Source: an uncultured Gammaproteobacteria bacterium (GTDB taxonomy: Bacteria; Pseudomonadota; Gammaproteobacteria; DRLM01). Taken from it: a stretch of DNA of 64,000 nt. The notes beneath the pieces are model-generated. The model was given only the letters and a program-made list of their open reading frames with translations. It was not told the DNA's origin and made no database searches. Positions 8,198 to 17,893 of the stretch are shown here, piece by piece (within the stretch, counting starts at the first letter, position 1; every line of letters begins with the position of its first letter). The DNA lies in assembly GCA_963729605.1 (NCBI GenBank), contig CAVSNY010000004.1:224001-288000 (forward strand), in the 5' to 3' direction. The translations under genes were made by a program, and so were the position numbers.

Positions 8198-10054
8198 CTA
8201 ATAATCTAATGTGGGTTCGGTGAATTCGGGTTGCGGCTTACCGATGTAGTAGCCTTGTGCGTAATCCGCGCCCCAATCACGCAACATCTCTAAAGTGGCG
8301 CGATCCTCCACGAATTCGGCCACGGTTTTCTTGCCCAAGGTGCGGGCGATATCGATCATGGAACGAACCAGGGATTGATCCACGGTGTCCTTGGCCAGAT
8401 TGCGGATGAAGCTGCCGTCGATCTTGATGTAATCCACCGGGAACTCGCGGAGATGGCGGAATGAATTGAAGCCGGCGCCGAAATCGTCCAAGGCGAACAT
8501 GCAACCGAGCTCGCGCAGCTTCATGATCATCTCCCGGGTCTGCTCGTAGTTGGCCACCGCCGCGGTTTCGGTGATTTCGAAGGTGATCCGTTCGGCCTTG
8601 ACCCCGGTTTTCTCCAGCTTCTCGCGCAACATCGGCAACAAGGCCTTATCTTGGAAGGCGTAGCTCGACAAGTTGATATTCATGGCGATGTGAGATTGAT
8701 GAGGGGGAAGATTCTGCAGGACGTCGATAGCCTGGTTTACCACCCAGAGGTCGATGTCGTGGATCAAACCCATATGCTCCGCCACCGGGATGAAATTAAT
8801 GGGCGTGATCAACTTGCCGTCGTCGCCGACCATGCGGATCAGCGATTCGTAGTGATTGGCCTGTTTATTTTTGATGTCGAGCACCGGCTGGAAGACCAGC
8901 TTGAATTTATTGTTGGCCAATGCGTCGCGGATGATCGGCACCCAATGGATGGCGCTGCGCAGGGTCACCATCGCCGTGTCTTCTTTATTGAAGAGATGAA
9001 CGATGTTGCGGCCGTTGGTCTTGGCGACATAACAGGCCTGATCGGCGCGGGCCAGAATCTCGCTGGCGCCGGTGACGTCGCCGGGCTGAATCAGCGCGAT
9101 GCCGATGCTGGCGCCGATGTGATAACAATGATTGTCGGTGCGGTAATAATAGGCGTCGAGTAATTTGCGCAAGCGTTCCGCGGTTTCGAGCACCGCCGCT
9201 TCCGTGGTGTTTTCGATCAGGATGGCGTATTCGTCGGCGCTGACCCGCGCCAGCAGATCGTTGAGGCCGATTTCCCGGCGCAATAGATTGGCGACTTCAA
9301 TCAGCAGGCAATCGCCGGTGATGTGGCCTTCGGCGTCGTTGATGACCTTGAAGTGGTCGAGATCGATGTAGAGCAGGGCGCTGAACCGCTGTTTTTTGCG
9401 GGAACGCAGCACCGCGATTTCCAATTGCTGTTCCAGGCGGCGGCGATTGAACAGACCGGTGAGATCGTCGTGATTCACCAAATGTTGCAGCCGCGTCTCC
9501 ATGATGCGGCGTTCGGCCAGTTCGGTTTCCAACTCCTGTTCGCGGGATTTGCGCAGGTCGCGTTCTTTTTTGAGGGCCAGCGACGACAGGATGCGCGGCA
9601 TCAGATCCACGCGGCGGATCGGTTTGAACATGATGTCGGTGGCGCCGGCGTCGAAACTTTCGCGGGCGACCTTTTCCTGCCAGGTGGCATTGGCGGTCAC
9701 CATGATGACCGGAATATCCGCCCATTCTTCGAAGGCGCGCATGGTACGGCACACTTCGTAGCCGTCCATTTCCGGCATCATGATATCCAGCAACACCGCG
9801 TCGATGGTGCTGATGTGATTGCGCATGTTTTCGCGCAGATGGGTCATCGCCTCTTTGCCGGACGCCGCGGTCAACACGCGGGTGAAGCCGCTCTTGGTCA
9901 GCATGGCCTTGAGCAAATCCACGTTGTCCGGCACATCATCGACGATCAGCACCGTCATCGAACGCAGTTCGTCGTAGTGCAAGGAACCGAGATGGGGTAA
10001 ACCGCCGAGTGTTAAATGGGGAGGGAGCGCTGACTTTTCCTGCCGTTCTGCCAT
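8198..10054 (-). CDS. REC-GGDEF(degenerate)-EAL protein, probable c-di-GMP phosphodiesterase
   Basis: REC (VDD, LLDIMMP, KP); GGDEF position reads SADEY; EAL region YESLIRM, FEITET, DDFGAG, IKIDG. Start re-called at ATG 10054 (MAERQ). Confidence 0.9.
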   Translation of the reverse strand: MAERQEKSALPPHLTLGGLPHLGSLHYDELRSMTVLIVDDVPDNVDLLKAMLTKSGFTRVLTAASGKEAMTHLRENMRNHISTIDAVLLDIMMPEMDGYEVCRTMRAFEEWADIPVIMVTANATWQEKVARESFDAGATDIMFKPIRRVDLMPRILSSLALKKERDLRKSREQELETELAERRIMETRLQHLVNHDDLTGLFNRRRLEQQLEIAVLRSRKKQRFSALLYIDLDHFKVINDAEGHITGDCLLIEVANLLRREIGLNDLLARVSADEYAILIENTTEAAVLETAERLRKLLDAYYYRTDNHCYHIGASIGIALIQPGDVTGASEILARADQACYVAKTNGRNIVHLFNKEDTAMVTLRSAIHWVPIIRDALANNKFKLVFQPVLDIKNKQANHYESLIRMVGDDGKLITPINFIPVAEHMGLIHDIDLWVVNQAIDVLQNLPPHQSHIAMNINLSSYAFQDKALLPMLREKLEKTGVKAERITFEITETAAVANYEQTREMIMKLRELGCMFALDDFGAGFNSFRHLREFPVDYIKIDGSFIRNLAKDTVDQSLVRSMIDIARTLGKKTVAEFVEDRATLEMLRDWGADYAQGYYIGKPQPEFTEPTLDY

Positions 10055-10160
10055 ACAGTGCCAAATCCCGAGTAATGAACTGCTATGCCGTTCGAAGAGG
10101 CCAAAAATGACGCATTTGGCTGGCCAATTTCGCTTCCTGCACGGACGGCGCGTAAAACAT

Positions 10161-10187
10161 CTATCGGCGCCCGCGATGGGTTCTTTA
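10161..10187 (-). promoter_or_regulatory. Sigma-28 (FliA)-type promoter
   Basis: Minus strand TAAAG-N14-GCCGATAG, ~105 nt upstream of the REC-GGDEF-EAL start. Confidence 0.65.
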
Positions 10188-10469
10188 GGAACCGCGCGGT
10201 GGTGGGACCTTGCCGCTGAGAAAATAGGCGAACGCAATCACTTGAGCAACCGCCAGGTAGAGGTTTTCCGGAATCTCGTCTCCCAGTTCGAGGCGGGACA
10301 GCAATACCAGCAATTGAGGGTCGGTATGCAGCGGTATATTGTGTTCCGCGGCGACGGCGAGGATGTGTTTCGCCACTTCGCCGCTGCCCTTGGCCACCAC
10401 CCGCGGCGCGCCCTTGCCCTCGTAACGGAGCGCGACGGCTTTGGGCGGCGGCGTGGGTTTATCGTTCAT
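10185..10469 (-). CDS. Stand-alone FlhB C-terminal-like (EscU/YscU family) protein
   Basis: AVALRY...APRVVAKGSGEVAKHI...IPENLYLAVAQVIAFAY; start overlaps the fliK-like stop (ATGA). Confidence 0.9.
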   Translation of the reverse strand: MNDKPTPPPKAVALRYEGKGAPRVVAKGSGEVAKHILAVAAEHNIPLHTDPQLLVLLSRLELGDEIPENLYLAVAQVIAFAYFLSGKVPPPRGS

Positions 10470-11527
10470 GCGCGCACATCCACCAGTTGGGACGGCAGTT
10501 TCGGGAAGGGGTCGCGGGGCGGACTCCCGATAAAACATTGTAACTGGCCTATTGTTAAACCCGCCGCGGTCAGCGCCTGTTCTAGCCAGTTTAAATGGCG
10601 GGTAATCAGCTCGCCGGCCGCCGCTTGCTCGGCCCATAACAGGCTGGACACCTGTTCGGAAGCGAATGTCAGTTTGGCATGCACGGGGCCGAGCGACGGC
10701 AACTCGAAATTCAGCCATACCGTCCAGACCGGACCGGATTGGCCGTCGCGCGCCGGAGACTCCCGATCGATTTGCAATTGAAAGACATCCACCCCGTCGG
10801 CACGGCGCAACGGTAATTCCGCGCTGACCGCGGTGGCGGGAGAGGGCTCGGCCAGGGCGCTCAGTTGATGCAGCTCGATGCGGGCCAAGGCGGCGGAGAC
10901 CGATCGGCGCAGATCGCCGTTGTTCTGATCGTCCTTTTGAAGCGTGGCCAATAGCCGCAGCAGATTGGCTTTGAGATCGCCGTCGAGTCGTGCCCCGTCG
11001 CCGCGGCTGAGTTTGTTCTCCAGCAGAATGCCGGAATCGTTGAGCGCCTGCTTCAGCGCGCCGGCCTGAAAACCCGCGCCTGCGCCGGGCAGATGATCGA
11101 GCAGCTGTTTGAGCAATTGCAGCGCCGGGGCCGGTAAACCGGCGGCGGTGCCGGCGTTGAACACGACCTGGAGGGCGGCGAACGCCTGTTGCAGGGGCAA
11201 TTGTTGAGGGAGGACGCCGCGCAGGGCGGCGCTGAGCGGATCCGGATCGGGCGCGACGGTCGGGTTGGACGTGGTTGGTACGATCCGCAATACCGGTTGC
11301 GCGCCGCCTCGCACCACTTCGAGTTGCAGCGGGGTGCGGGGCGCGAGCGGGGTGGCGGTGGTGGCCTCCACGGTAAACGCGCCGATGCGCAACGAAACGG
11401 TCTGCGGCCCGCTGTGGCCGAGCACCACGGCATTGAGACGTTGCCCGGTTTGCCAGGCAGGCAGGGCGGCCGCGCCCGCGGAGGGCGGCAAAACGGCAAA
11501 GGTGGTGGCGGTGGGTGCGACAGGCAT
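10466..11527 (-). CDS. Flagellar hook-length control FliK-family protein
   Basis: Pro/Ala-rich; SGILLENKL, DLKANLL and C-terminal WTVWLNFELPSLGPVHAKL FliK_C motif; paired with the FlhB-like gene. Confidence 0.8.
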   Translation of the reverse strand: MPVAPTATTFAVLPPSAGAAALPAWQTGQRLNAVVLGHSGPQTVSLRIGAFTVEATTATPLAPRTPLQLEVVRGGAQPVLRIVPTTSNPTVAPDPDPLSAALRGVLPQQLPLQQAFAALQVVFNAGTAAGLPAPALQLLKQLLDHLPGAGAGFQAGALKQALNDSGILLENKLSRGDGARLDGDLKANLLRLLATLQKDDQNNGDLRRSVSAALARIELHQLSALAEPSPATAVSAELPLRRADGVDVFQLQIDRESPARDGQSGPVWTVWLNFELPSLGPVHAKLTFASEQVSSLLWAEQAAAGELITRHLNWLEQALTAAGLTIGQLQCFIGSPPRDPFPKLPSQLVDVRA

Positions 11528-11634
11528 ATCGGCTTCCGTTTCAGTCCCCGCGGATGCGGCGAGTATACCCCAGCGGGAGGCATTCGGCGGTGCGCTGTTT
11601 GACGCTGTGGGTGCGCTTGGTTAGATTAGCCTTC

Positions 11635-12540
11635 ATGTCGATCATCAATGTCTGGTACATCCGTCGCAATGGCGAGGTCAAAGGACCTTTTCCGTCAGGC
11701 TTGGTTACCCGGCATATCCTGCTTGGCCGCGTCCGCGAGGACGATGAAATCAGCCCCGATGGCCAGACGTGGTCGCGGGTCAGCGAGCATCCCGAACTGA
11801 TCCCCGCCGTAGTCAAAGAAAATCCCGGCGACCCCGCCGCGCAGGACCGGCTGATCACCGCGCGGCGCTGGGCCGACGAACGTAACGGCGAACGCCGCGG
11901 CGATGACGCCGCGCCCGGCATCGAAAAACGTCGCCGCACCGACCGGCGGACACCGGAAACCCCCGAGGAAATGGAATATCGTTTGCTGCGTTCGGTGCGG
12001 ACTCACGAAGAACAAAAAGAATCGCATCAACGGGCGATCGTATTGGGCGTCGTGGCCGTGCTGGTCATCGGCTTAGGCGCCATGGCGTATTTTTATGAAC
12101 CGGCCTTGCAGGATAAAGGGGGGGCGGAGTGCGCGCGCGCCCCCGCGCCGAATATCGATTGGAGCAACTGTAGCCTGGAGGGTGCGCGACTGACGGGGGC
12201 CAATCTCGCCGGCGCCAAACTGTACAGTACCAAGTTGACCGGGGCCAATTTGCGGGGCAGCCGCCTGGCCGGTGCGAATTTGTCTTACGCCTTTTTGAGT
12301 TTGGCCGATCTGGACAATGCCGATTTACGCCAGGCGGATTTGATGGGCGCCAATCTACGCCGCGCCAATCTCGCCCACGTCCGGTTCGATGGCGCCAATC
12401 TTTCTTACGCCGACCTCACCGGTGCCGAATTGGCCGGCGCGGATTTGAGCAATGCAAAACTGGGCAATGCCATTTGGCCCGACGGCACGATCTGCGCGCC
12501 CGCTTCGTTGGGCCGGTGCGAATCTGCTTCCAGCAACTAA
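11635..12540 (+). CDS. Membrane-anchored pentapeptide-repeat protein with N-terminal GYF_2-like domain
   Basis: WYIRRNGEVKGPF N-terminus, one TM, long A(N/D)LxG/A pentapeptide array bracketed by Cys pairs; start re-called at ATG 11635. Confidence 0.8.
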   Translation: MSIINVWYIRRNGEVKGPFPSGLVTRHILLGRVREDDEISPDGQTWSRVSEHPELIPAVVKENPGDPAAQDRLITARRWADERNGERRGDDAAPGIEKRRRTDRRTPETPEEMEYRLLRSVRTHEEQKESHQRAIVLGVVAVLVIGLGAMAYFYEPALQDKGGAECARAPAPNIDWSNCSLEGARLTGANLAGAKLYSTKLTGANLRGSRLAGANLSYAFLSLADLDNADLRQADLMGANLRRANLAHVRFDGANLSYADLTGAELAGADLSNAKLGNAIWPDGTICAPASLGRCESASSN

Positions 12541-12735
12541 TTCCGATACGGGCGGCGATGTTCAGCTTCGAGTAAACGCGGCGATACATGCGTACGCCGG
12601 GACCTTTACAAGTAAAAAAAGCGCAGATGCAAACCACGGAGGACCCGGAGAAAAATAAATGGCCGCGCGCCGTGGCCGAAATCAGCTAATAGGTGAACTC
12701 ACTCAGTGCCCCTCTCTCCGTATCTTCGTGGTCCA

Positions 12736-13293
12736 TCATGAATGCGCGTCGATCTGCGTGGCGGTGTAGCGGTAGATGCGCAGTTCCTCCGCCCAGAATT
12801 CTTCGGGCAAACCCGCCTTCAATTTCAATTGGAGCAGGAACTGAATGGGGTCGGGTAACATCTCCCATACCGCAGGCAGGAAAGTGGCGCGCCGTTGTCC
12901 ATATTCCAAGATCACCCCGTCGATGCCGGGACGCAGCGCCGTCAGCAAGGCCGTTTCATCCGCCACGGGCATGACTTCGGGGGACGACAAGATCGACAGA
13001 CTGAGCCGCACCGCCGGCCATTCCGATGCCGCCAGTGGCGCGAAACGCGAGTCGCGAAAGGCCGCCGCATAGGCGTTTTCGTGAATATCCGCCGCCAGCG
13101 GCCGCACGGCTTCCAAACTGCCGATGCAGCCGCGCAAGGCCTGCCCTGATTTGAGTGTCACGAAACAGGCGCGCGGCGCCTGCAATTCTTCGGGAAATAC
13201 CGCCGTATCGAGGTCGAAACAACGGGCGTGCTGCAAGCCATGTTCGATGGATTCCCGCGCGATGGTTAGCAGCTGGGGCGCGAAGCCGTTCAC
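12736..13293 (-). CDS. amrA: AmmeMemoRadiSam system protein A (AMMECR1 family)
   Basis: ACFVTL...LRGCIGS, AAAFRDSRF, ATFLPAVW, LKLKAG. Confidence 0.93.
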   Translation of the reverse strand: MNGFAPQLLTIARESIEHGLQHARCFDLDTAVFPEELQAPRACFVTLKSGQALRGCIGSLEAVRPLAADIHENAYAAAFRDSRFAPLAASEWPAVRLSLSILSSPEVMPVADETALLTALRPGIDGVILEYGQRRATFLPAVWEMLPDPIQFLLQLKLKAGLPEEFWAEELRIYRYTATQIDAHS

Positions 13294-13311
13294 CGTTGTA
13301 TCGCCGGCGCG

Positions 13312-14103
13312 TCAATGAAACGCATAAGCGCCGTAGCCGACCACCCGATTGCGCGGACCGGCGGTGTCGCCGGAATTGCGCAGATCCAGGGTCTCGCCGC
13401 GCAGGCCGTGTTGGCGGGCGGCCTCCAGCAGTCCGTTCACCGCCTTGCTGCCGCAGGCGTGCTCGGCGTCGATGCCGCGGGTTTCCAAGGCGCTGATCGC
13501 GTTCGAGGTGGCGCGGTCCATGGCCAGCGCCGTGGCGTAATCGTGATAGTGGCTGAGGTCCGAACTCACGACGATCAAAGTCTCGATGCCGTCCCACAGC
13601 AGGGTTAACACTTCGCTCACTTCCTGGGCGCTGGCTTCGCCCACCACCAAAGGCACCAGCGTGAAGTCTCCCAGCGCCAATTGCAAAAAGGGCAGTTGGA
13701 CTTCCAGCGAATGTTCCCAGGCGTGGGCTTGATCCAATACCTGTACTTGCGATAACGCGGCAAGCAGCCGCACCGCGGATTGATCCACTGTCACGACGCC
13801 CAAGGGCGTGGTGAAACCGCTGGCGCTGCTGGTGGCCAGGCCGTGAAACGGAATGCGATGGGAAGGCCCCAATAACACGACGCGGCGAATGGTGTCGCGA
13901 CCGCTCATCACTTGTGAGTAAGCGCTGGCGGCGACCGGCCCGGAATAGATATAACCGGCATGAGGAACGATGATGGCCTTAGGCGGCGCCGTGCCGCCGG
14001 GATGTGCCGCCAGCATCCCGCTCACCATCTCGCGCAAGAGCGCGCTGTCACCTGGATAAAAACTCCCCGCTACGGCGGGCGCGCGTATGGTCGTCATAAT
14101 CAC
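13312..14103 (-). CDS. amrB: AmmeMemoRadiSam system protein B (MEMO1 family)
   Basis: RAPAVAGSFYP, PHAGYIYSG, GPSH, EHSLEVQLPFLQ, SSDLSHY, VVGYGA. Confidence 0.95.
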   Translation of the reverse strand: MIMTTIRAPAVAGSFYPGDSALLREMVSGMLAAHPGGTAPPKAIIVPHAGYIYSGPVAASAYSQVMSGRDTIRRVVLLGPSHRIPFHGLATSSASGFTTPLGVVTVDQSAVRLLAALSQVQVLDQAHAWEHSLEVQLPFLQLALGDFTLVPLVVGEASAQEVSEVLTLLWDGIETLIVVSSDLSHYHDYATALAMDRATSNAISALETRGIDAEHACGSKAVNGLLEAARQHGLRGETLDLRNSGDTAGPRNRVVGYGAYAFH

Positions 14104-14387
14104 CCTCCGCTGACTCGGATATTACAATGCTTATTGGGCGGTACCCGAGTAAAAATTTCACCTTCGGAATGCTGCCTCCTCGTGACACCGCTACACAGGC
14201 ATGGCATGCAAAGGAAACGTCGCCTTAACAAGCCGATGTATGAGTACTGGTTTATGAGTACTGTGTCAGTCTTTTTTAAAGATAGTACGGCGCGCACGCT
14301 TGGCAAGTTCCGCCGTTGCCGCGCCGGGTTGAACTATACTTGATCTAAGACGTCGCAAAACAGCGGCTGCGATGTCAAGGAGACAAC

Positions 14388-15485
14388 ATGCCGGCCGAAG
14401 TTCCGCGAAGCGTGGTACCCGTCAATTACTGGCATCGTTTGGATGACGGACGCGTGCAATGCGATCTCTGTCCGCGTTTCTGCAAATTGCACGAGGGGCA
14501 GCAGGGTTTGTGTTTCGTGCGCGCGCGCCGGAACGACCGGATGGTGCTCACCAGTTACGGCCGTTCCAGCGGCTATTGCGTCGATCCCATCGAGAAAAAA
14601 CCGCTTTACCATTTTCTGCCGGGCACGCCGGTGCTGTCGTTCGGCACGGCGGGCTGCAACCTCGCCTGCAAATTCTGCCAGAACTGGGACATGAGCAAGG
14701 CCCGCGAGATGGACGTGCTCGCCGACCACGCCCCGCCCGAACTGATTGCCCGCGCCGCACGTGATCTCGGCTGCGGCAGCGTGGCCTACACCTACAACGA
14801 TCCGGTGGTGTTCATGGAATACGCGGTGGACGTGGCCGAGGCCTGCCGCGCCGAGGGCATCAAGTCGGTGGCGGTGACGGCGGGTTACATCACCGAGCAG
14901 GCGCGCGAGGATTTCTTCCGGCACATGGACGCCGCCAACGTGGATTTGAAGGCCTTCACCGAACGGTTTTATCACAAGGTCTGCGGCGGTCATTTGCAAC
15001 CGGTGCTGGATACCTTGATGTATTTAAAACAGCTCGGCTCGGTATGGCTGGAAGTCACCACCTTGCTCATCCCCGGCGAAAACGACGGTGAAGCGGAGCT
15101 GGAAGCGATGAGCGCCTGGATGATGGAATACCTCGGCCCCGACGTGCCCTGGCATTTCAGCGCCTTTCATCCCGATTGGAAGATGCTGGACATACCGTCC
15201 ACGCCCCTGACCGTTTTGCTGCGTGCGCGCGACATCGCCCGTAAACACGGCATGCGTTATGTCTACACCGGCAACGTGCACTACGCGACCGGCGATAGTA
15301 CCTATTGCCATCACTGCGGAGAAAAGGTGATCGGCCGCGATTGGTACGTGCATACCGCGTGGCATCTCACCGACAACGGTCGTTGTTTGACGTGCGGCAC
15401 GCCGCTGCCCGGTGTCTACGCCGGTCCGCCGGGCGAGTGGGGGGCGCGGCGCCGGCCGGTGCGCTTGCAGGATTTCTCCGCCTAA
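14388..15485 (+). CDS. amrS: AmmeMemoRadiSam system radical SAM enzyme
   Basis: CDLCPRFC, DPIEKKPLYHF and CNLACKFCQN (CxxxCxxC); adjacent to amrA/amrB. Confidence 0.95.
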   Translation: MPAEVPRSVVPVNYWHRLDDGRVQCDLCPRFCKLHEGQQGLCFVRARRNDRMVLTSYGRSSGYCVDPIEKKPLYHFLPGTPVLSFGTAGCNLACKFCQNWDMSKAREMDVLADHAPPELIARAARDLGCGSVAYTYNDPVVFMEYAVDVAEACRAEGIKSVAVTAGYITEQAREDFFRHMDAANVDLKAFTERFYHKVCGGHLQPVLDTLMYLKQLGSVWLEVTTLLIPGENDGEAELEAMSAWMMEYLGPDVPWHFSAFHPDWKMLDIPSTPLTVLLRARDIARKHGMRYVYTGNVHYATGDSTYCHHCGEKVIGRDWYVHTAWHLTDNGRCLTCGTPLPGVYAGPPGEWGARRRPVRLQDFSA

Positions 15486-15523
15486 TCGCTGCGCGTGTGA
15501 TGCCGGTGCCGGTTAACGTTTTA

Positions 15524-16390
15524 TCACTCGCGGCGCGCATCCCCCGTCTTCACGGCGACCTCCACGTTTTCCCGCGAAGTGGCCAATAATCTCGACACCG
15601 CCAGGCCGGCGGCGTAGTAATAATTTTCGCGCACCAAGGGGCTGTCTTCGAACACCGCGCCGCTGAGGTTATCCAGACGCGCGAAGCCGCCTATCCACCA
15701 ATCGCCATAGCGTTTTTGCGCGGTGAGGGTGATCCGGCTGCCGGAGTAACCGCCGGCGGCGTGGTATTCGGGGCGCGTGGCGGTGGCCTGGCCGGGCAAC
15801 ACTTCATAGAAATAATCGTGATAGCCGCGGGTGGCGAACAGCGGCCCGGCGCCGACGCCGACCTTCCAGGGACCGCGCGTGCCGCCGTTGCGGGTTTCGT
15901 ATTCGATATAGGGCGCGAATACCCAGCCGTGATCGTCGAACTCGTTCCAGTCCACCGAGAAGGCGGCGCGCAGCGGCAGGCGCAGCCACAGCGCGGCGTC
16001 GCGCTGGCGGGCGCGCCGCAGCCGGTATTCCAGTTGCGGGCCGATTTCCAAGGTCGGGTGCAGTTCGCGCATGCCGGCGCGGGCGCCGTCGCTGGTTTCG
16101 GGGACGGGCACGCCGGCCGCCACGCTGATGTCGAGCAGGAGCCGGTCGCTGGTGAACAGTTTGCCGCGCAGACCACCTTCGTCCACTTGCAGATAACGGC
16201 CGCGATACTTGAAATACGGTATCGGCAAGATATAACTGCGGCCCGCGTCGGCGCCGCGGTAAAACGGTACGGAGATCACGCCCAGCCCCAGTCCCACTTC
16301 CCACTTCGGCAGGGATTGGGCGCGGCTGGGCGCGGCGGCGACTAACAAGGCGACGGTTAGAACAAGGCGGAAACGAAACGATACCGACAT
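15524..16390 (-). CDS. MipA/OmpV family outer-membrane protein
   Basis: Signal peptide; WEVGLGLG..PFYRG, PIPYFKYRG, YHDYFY, GGYSG, FEDSPLV. Confidence 0.82.
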   Translation of the reverse strand: MSVSFRFRLVLTVALLVAAAPSRAQSLPKWEVGLGLGVISVPFYRGADAGRSYILPIPYFKYRGRYLQVDEGGLRGKLFTSDRLLLDISVAAGVPVPETSDGARAGMRELHPTLEIGPQLEYRLRRARQRDAALWLRLPLRAAFSVDWNEFDDHGWVFAPYIEYETRNGGTRGPWKVGVGAGPLFATRGYHDYFYEVLPGQATATRPEYHAAGGYSGSRITLTAQKRYGDWWIGGFARLDNLSGAVFEDSPLVRENYYYAAGLAVSRLLATSRENVEVAVKTGDARRE

Positions 16391-16427
16391 CGGTGTAGTG
16401 GCCTATGGCTAAAGATTCGCGGCGGGG

Positions 16428-17621
16428 CTACCAGCGCCGTTCGACGATTTCGCGGATCTCGCGGTCTTCGAGCAGGATGGGATTGGTCTTCATGCTGTTG
16501 CCGCGACTGTGGGCGACGATCTTGTCGAAATCCGCCGGCGCGACGCCGTAGTCGCGCAGGCGCGGCAGGTCCAGTTGTTCCGTCCAGGCGCTTAGCGTCG
16601 CCATCAGCGCGTCGCAGGCCGCCATTTCATCGCCGTGCGCGGCGCCGCTCAACAGCGCGCCCAACTCGGCGTATTTCTTGAGCGCCGGGCCGTCGGGCGC
16701 GCGGGCGCGCAGGGCGCGGATGTTCACCTCGCTGGCGGTCGCCAACAAGGTGCCGCACACCACGCCGTGTGGGATGGGGAAAAACGCGCCGAGCGGCGAG
16801 GCCAGGCCGTGCACCGAACCCAGCCCGACCTGGGCGAGGGTGATGCCCGACAGCAGCGCGCCGTAGGCCAGGCCCGCGCGGCCGTCGGCGGCGTCGGGGC
16901 CGTCGCCGCGCCAAGCGGGGAAGAAGCCTTCCTGCACCGCGCGGAGGCCGCTCAAGGCCAAGGCGTCCGTAATCGGATTGGCCTTGCTGGAGACGTAGGA
17001 TTCCAGCAACTGGGTGAGCGCATCCATGCCGTTGGCGGCGATGAGGGCCGGCGGGCAGGTGCGCAACAGCTCGGGGTCCACCACCGCGTAGGCGGGGACC
17101 AGGCATTCGTGGCGGAAGGATTTTTTGAAGCCGTGCGGGCCTTGCACGCTGAGCACGGCGTTTTTGGTGGCCTCGCTGCCGGTGCCGGCGGTGGTGGGTG
17201 CGGCGATGAAGGGCACGGCCGGTCCCTGATATTCGCCGCTGCCCACGCCCTCCAGATAATGCATGACCGATTCGTTATGCCGCAGCAGACCGGCGATGGC
17301 CTTGCCGGCGTCCAGCACGCTGCCGCCGCCGACGGCGATCACCACTTCGATTCCGTGGCCGCGTTGCCGGGCGACCGCCTCGTCGATGACCGCGGGCGAC
17401 GGTTCGCCGCTGATGGTCTCGTGTTCCCAGGTGATGTCTTGTTGGCGCAGACCGTCGATGAACGGCGCCCAGAACGGCGATGCAATGAAGGCGTGTCGGC
17501 CGGTCACCAGCAAGGCGCGGTGGCCGAATTCGCGGGCGAGCCGCGGTACCTCGGCGAGCCGGCCCGCGCCGAAGACGATACGCGGCAGGCGGGAAAGGCT
17601 GAAGGGTGCGATGCCGGTCAT
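16428..17621 (-). CDS. Iron-containing alcohol dehydrogenase
   Basis: GGGSVLDAGKA, PTTAGTGSEAT, GMDALTQLLES, HGLAS, PHGVVC; start re-called at ATG 17621. Confidence 0.93.
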   Translation of the reverse strand: MTGIAPFSLSRLPRIVFGAGRLAEVPRLAREFGHRALLVTGRHAFIASPFWAPFIDGLRQQDITWEHETISGEPSPAVIDEAVARQRGHGIEVVIAVGGGSVLDAGKAIAGLLRHNESVMHYLEGVGSGEYQGPAVPFIAAPTTAGTGSEATKNAVLSVQGPHGFKKSFRHECLVPAYAVVDPELLRTCPPALIAANGMDALTQLLESYVSSKANPITDALALSGLRAVQEGFFPAWRGDGPDAADGRAGLAYGALLSGITLAQVGLGSVHGLASPLGAFFPIPHGVVCGTLLATASEVNIRALRARAPDGPALKKYAELGALLSGAAHGDEMAACDALMATLSAWTEQLDLPRLRDYGVAPADFDKIVAHSRGNSMKTNPILLEDREIREIVERRW

Positions 17622-17893
17622 CAGGGCGTCTCGGGGAAGAGGCCGATGTATTTCACGCCCAGCCGGGGTCCGGCCATCCACGGCGCGACCCATTCGCGCC
17701 GGCGCGAATAATGGGCGGCGGCGTCGCGGCAGGCCTCGTGCGGCACGGAGCGCGCGGGGGCGGCGTCTTGCGGAATATCGAAGCGCGGATTACCCACTTC
17801 GCGTACCGAGTCCTGGTGATCGGCGCGCCAGGCGGTGTTCAAGTCCGCGATATGTTTCTGTTTTGCATGAACCTGAACGAGGGTGAGGTGCAT
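17621..17893 (-). CDS. Antibiotic-biosynthesis-monooxygenase (LsrG/YgiN-like) protein, apparently degenerating
   Basis: MHLTLVQVHAK...SVREVGNPRFD...WMAGPRLGVKY resembles ABM proteins, but the core FVLYEAY-type motif reads SVPHEAC and the AAHKxTxHY segment is shortened. Confidence 0.6.
   Translation of the reverse strand: MHLTLVQVHAKQKHIADLNTAWRADHQDSVREVGNPRFDIPQDAAPARSVPHEACRDAAAHYSRRREWVAPWMAGPRLGVKYIGLFPETP

Noticed and set aside
12631-12734. Imperfect inverted repeat ACCACGGAGGACCCGGAGA ... TCTCCGTATCTTCGTGGT between convergent genes
   Set aside because: Single degenerate instance; cannot assign it as an element or terminator
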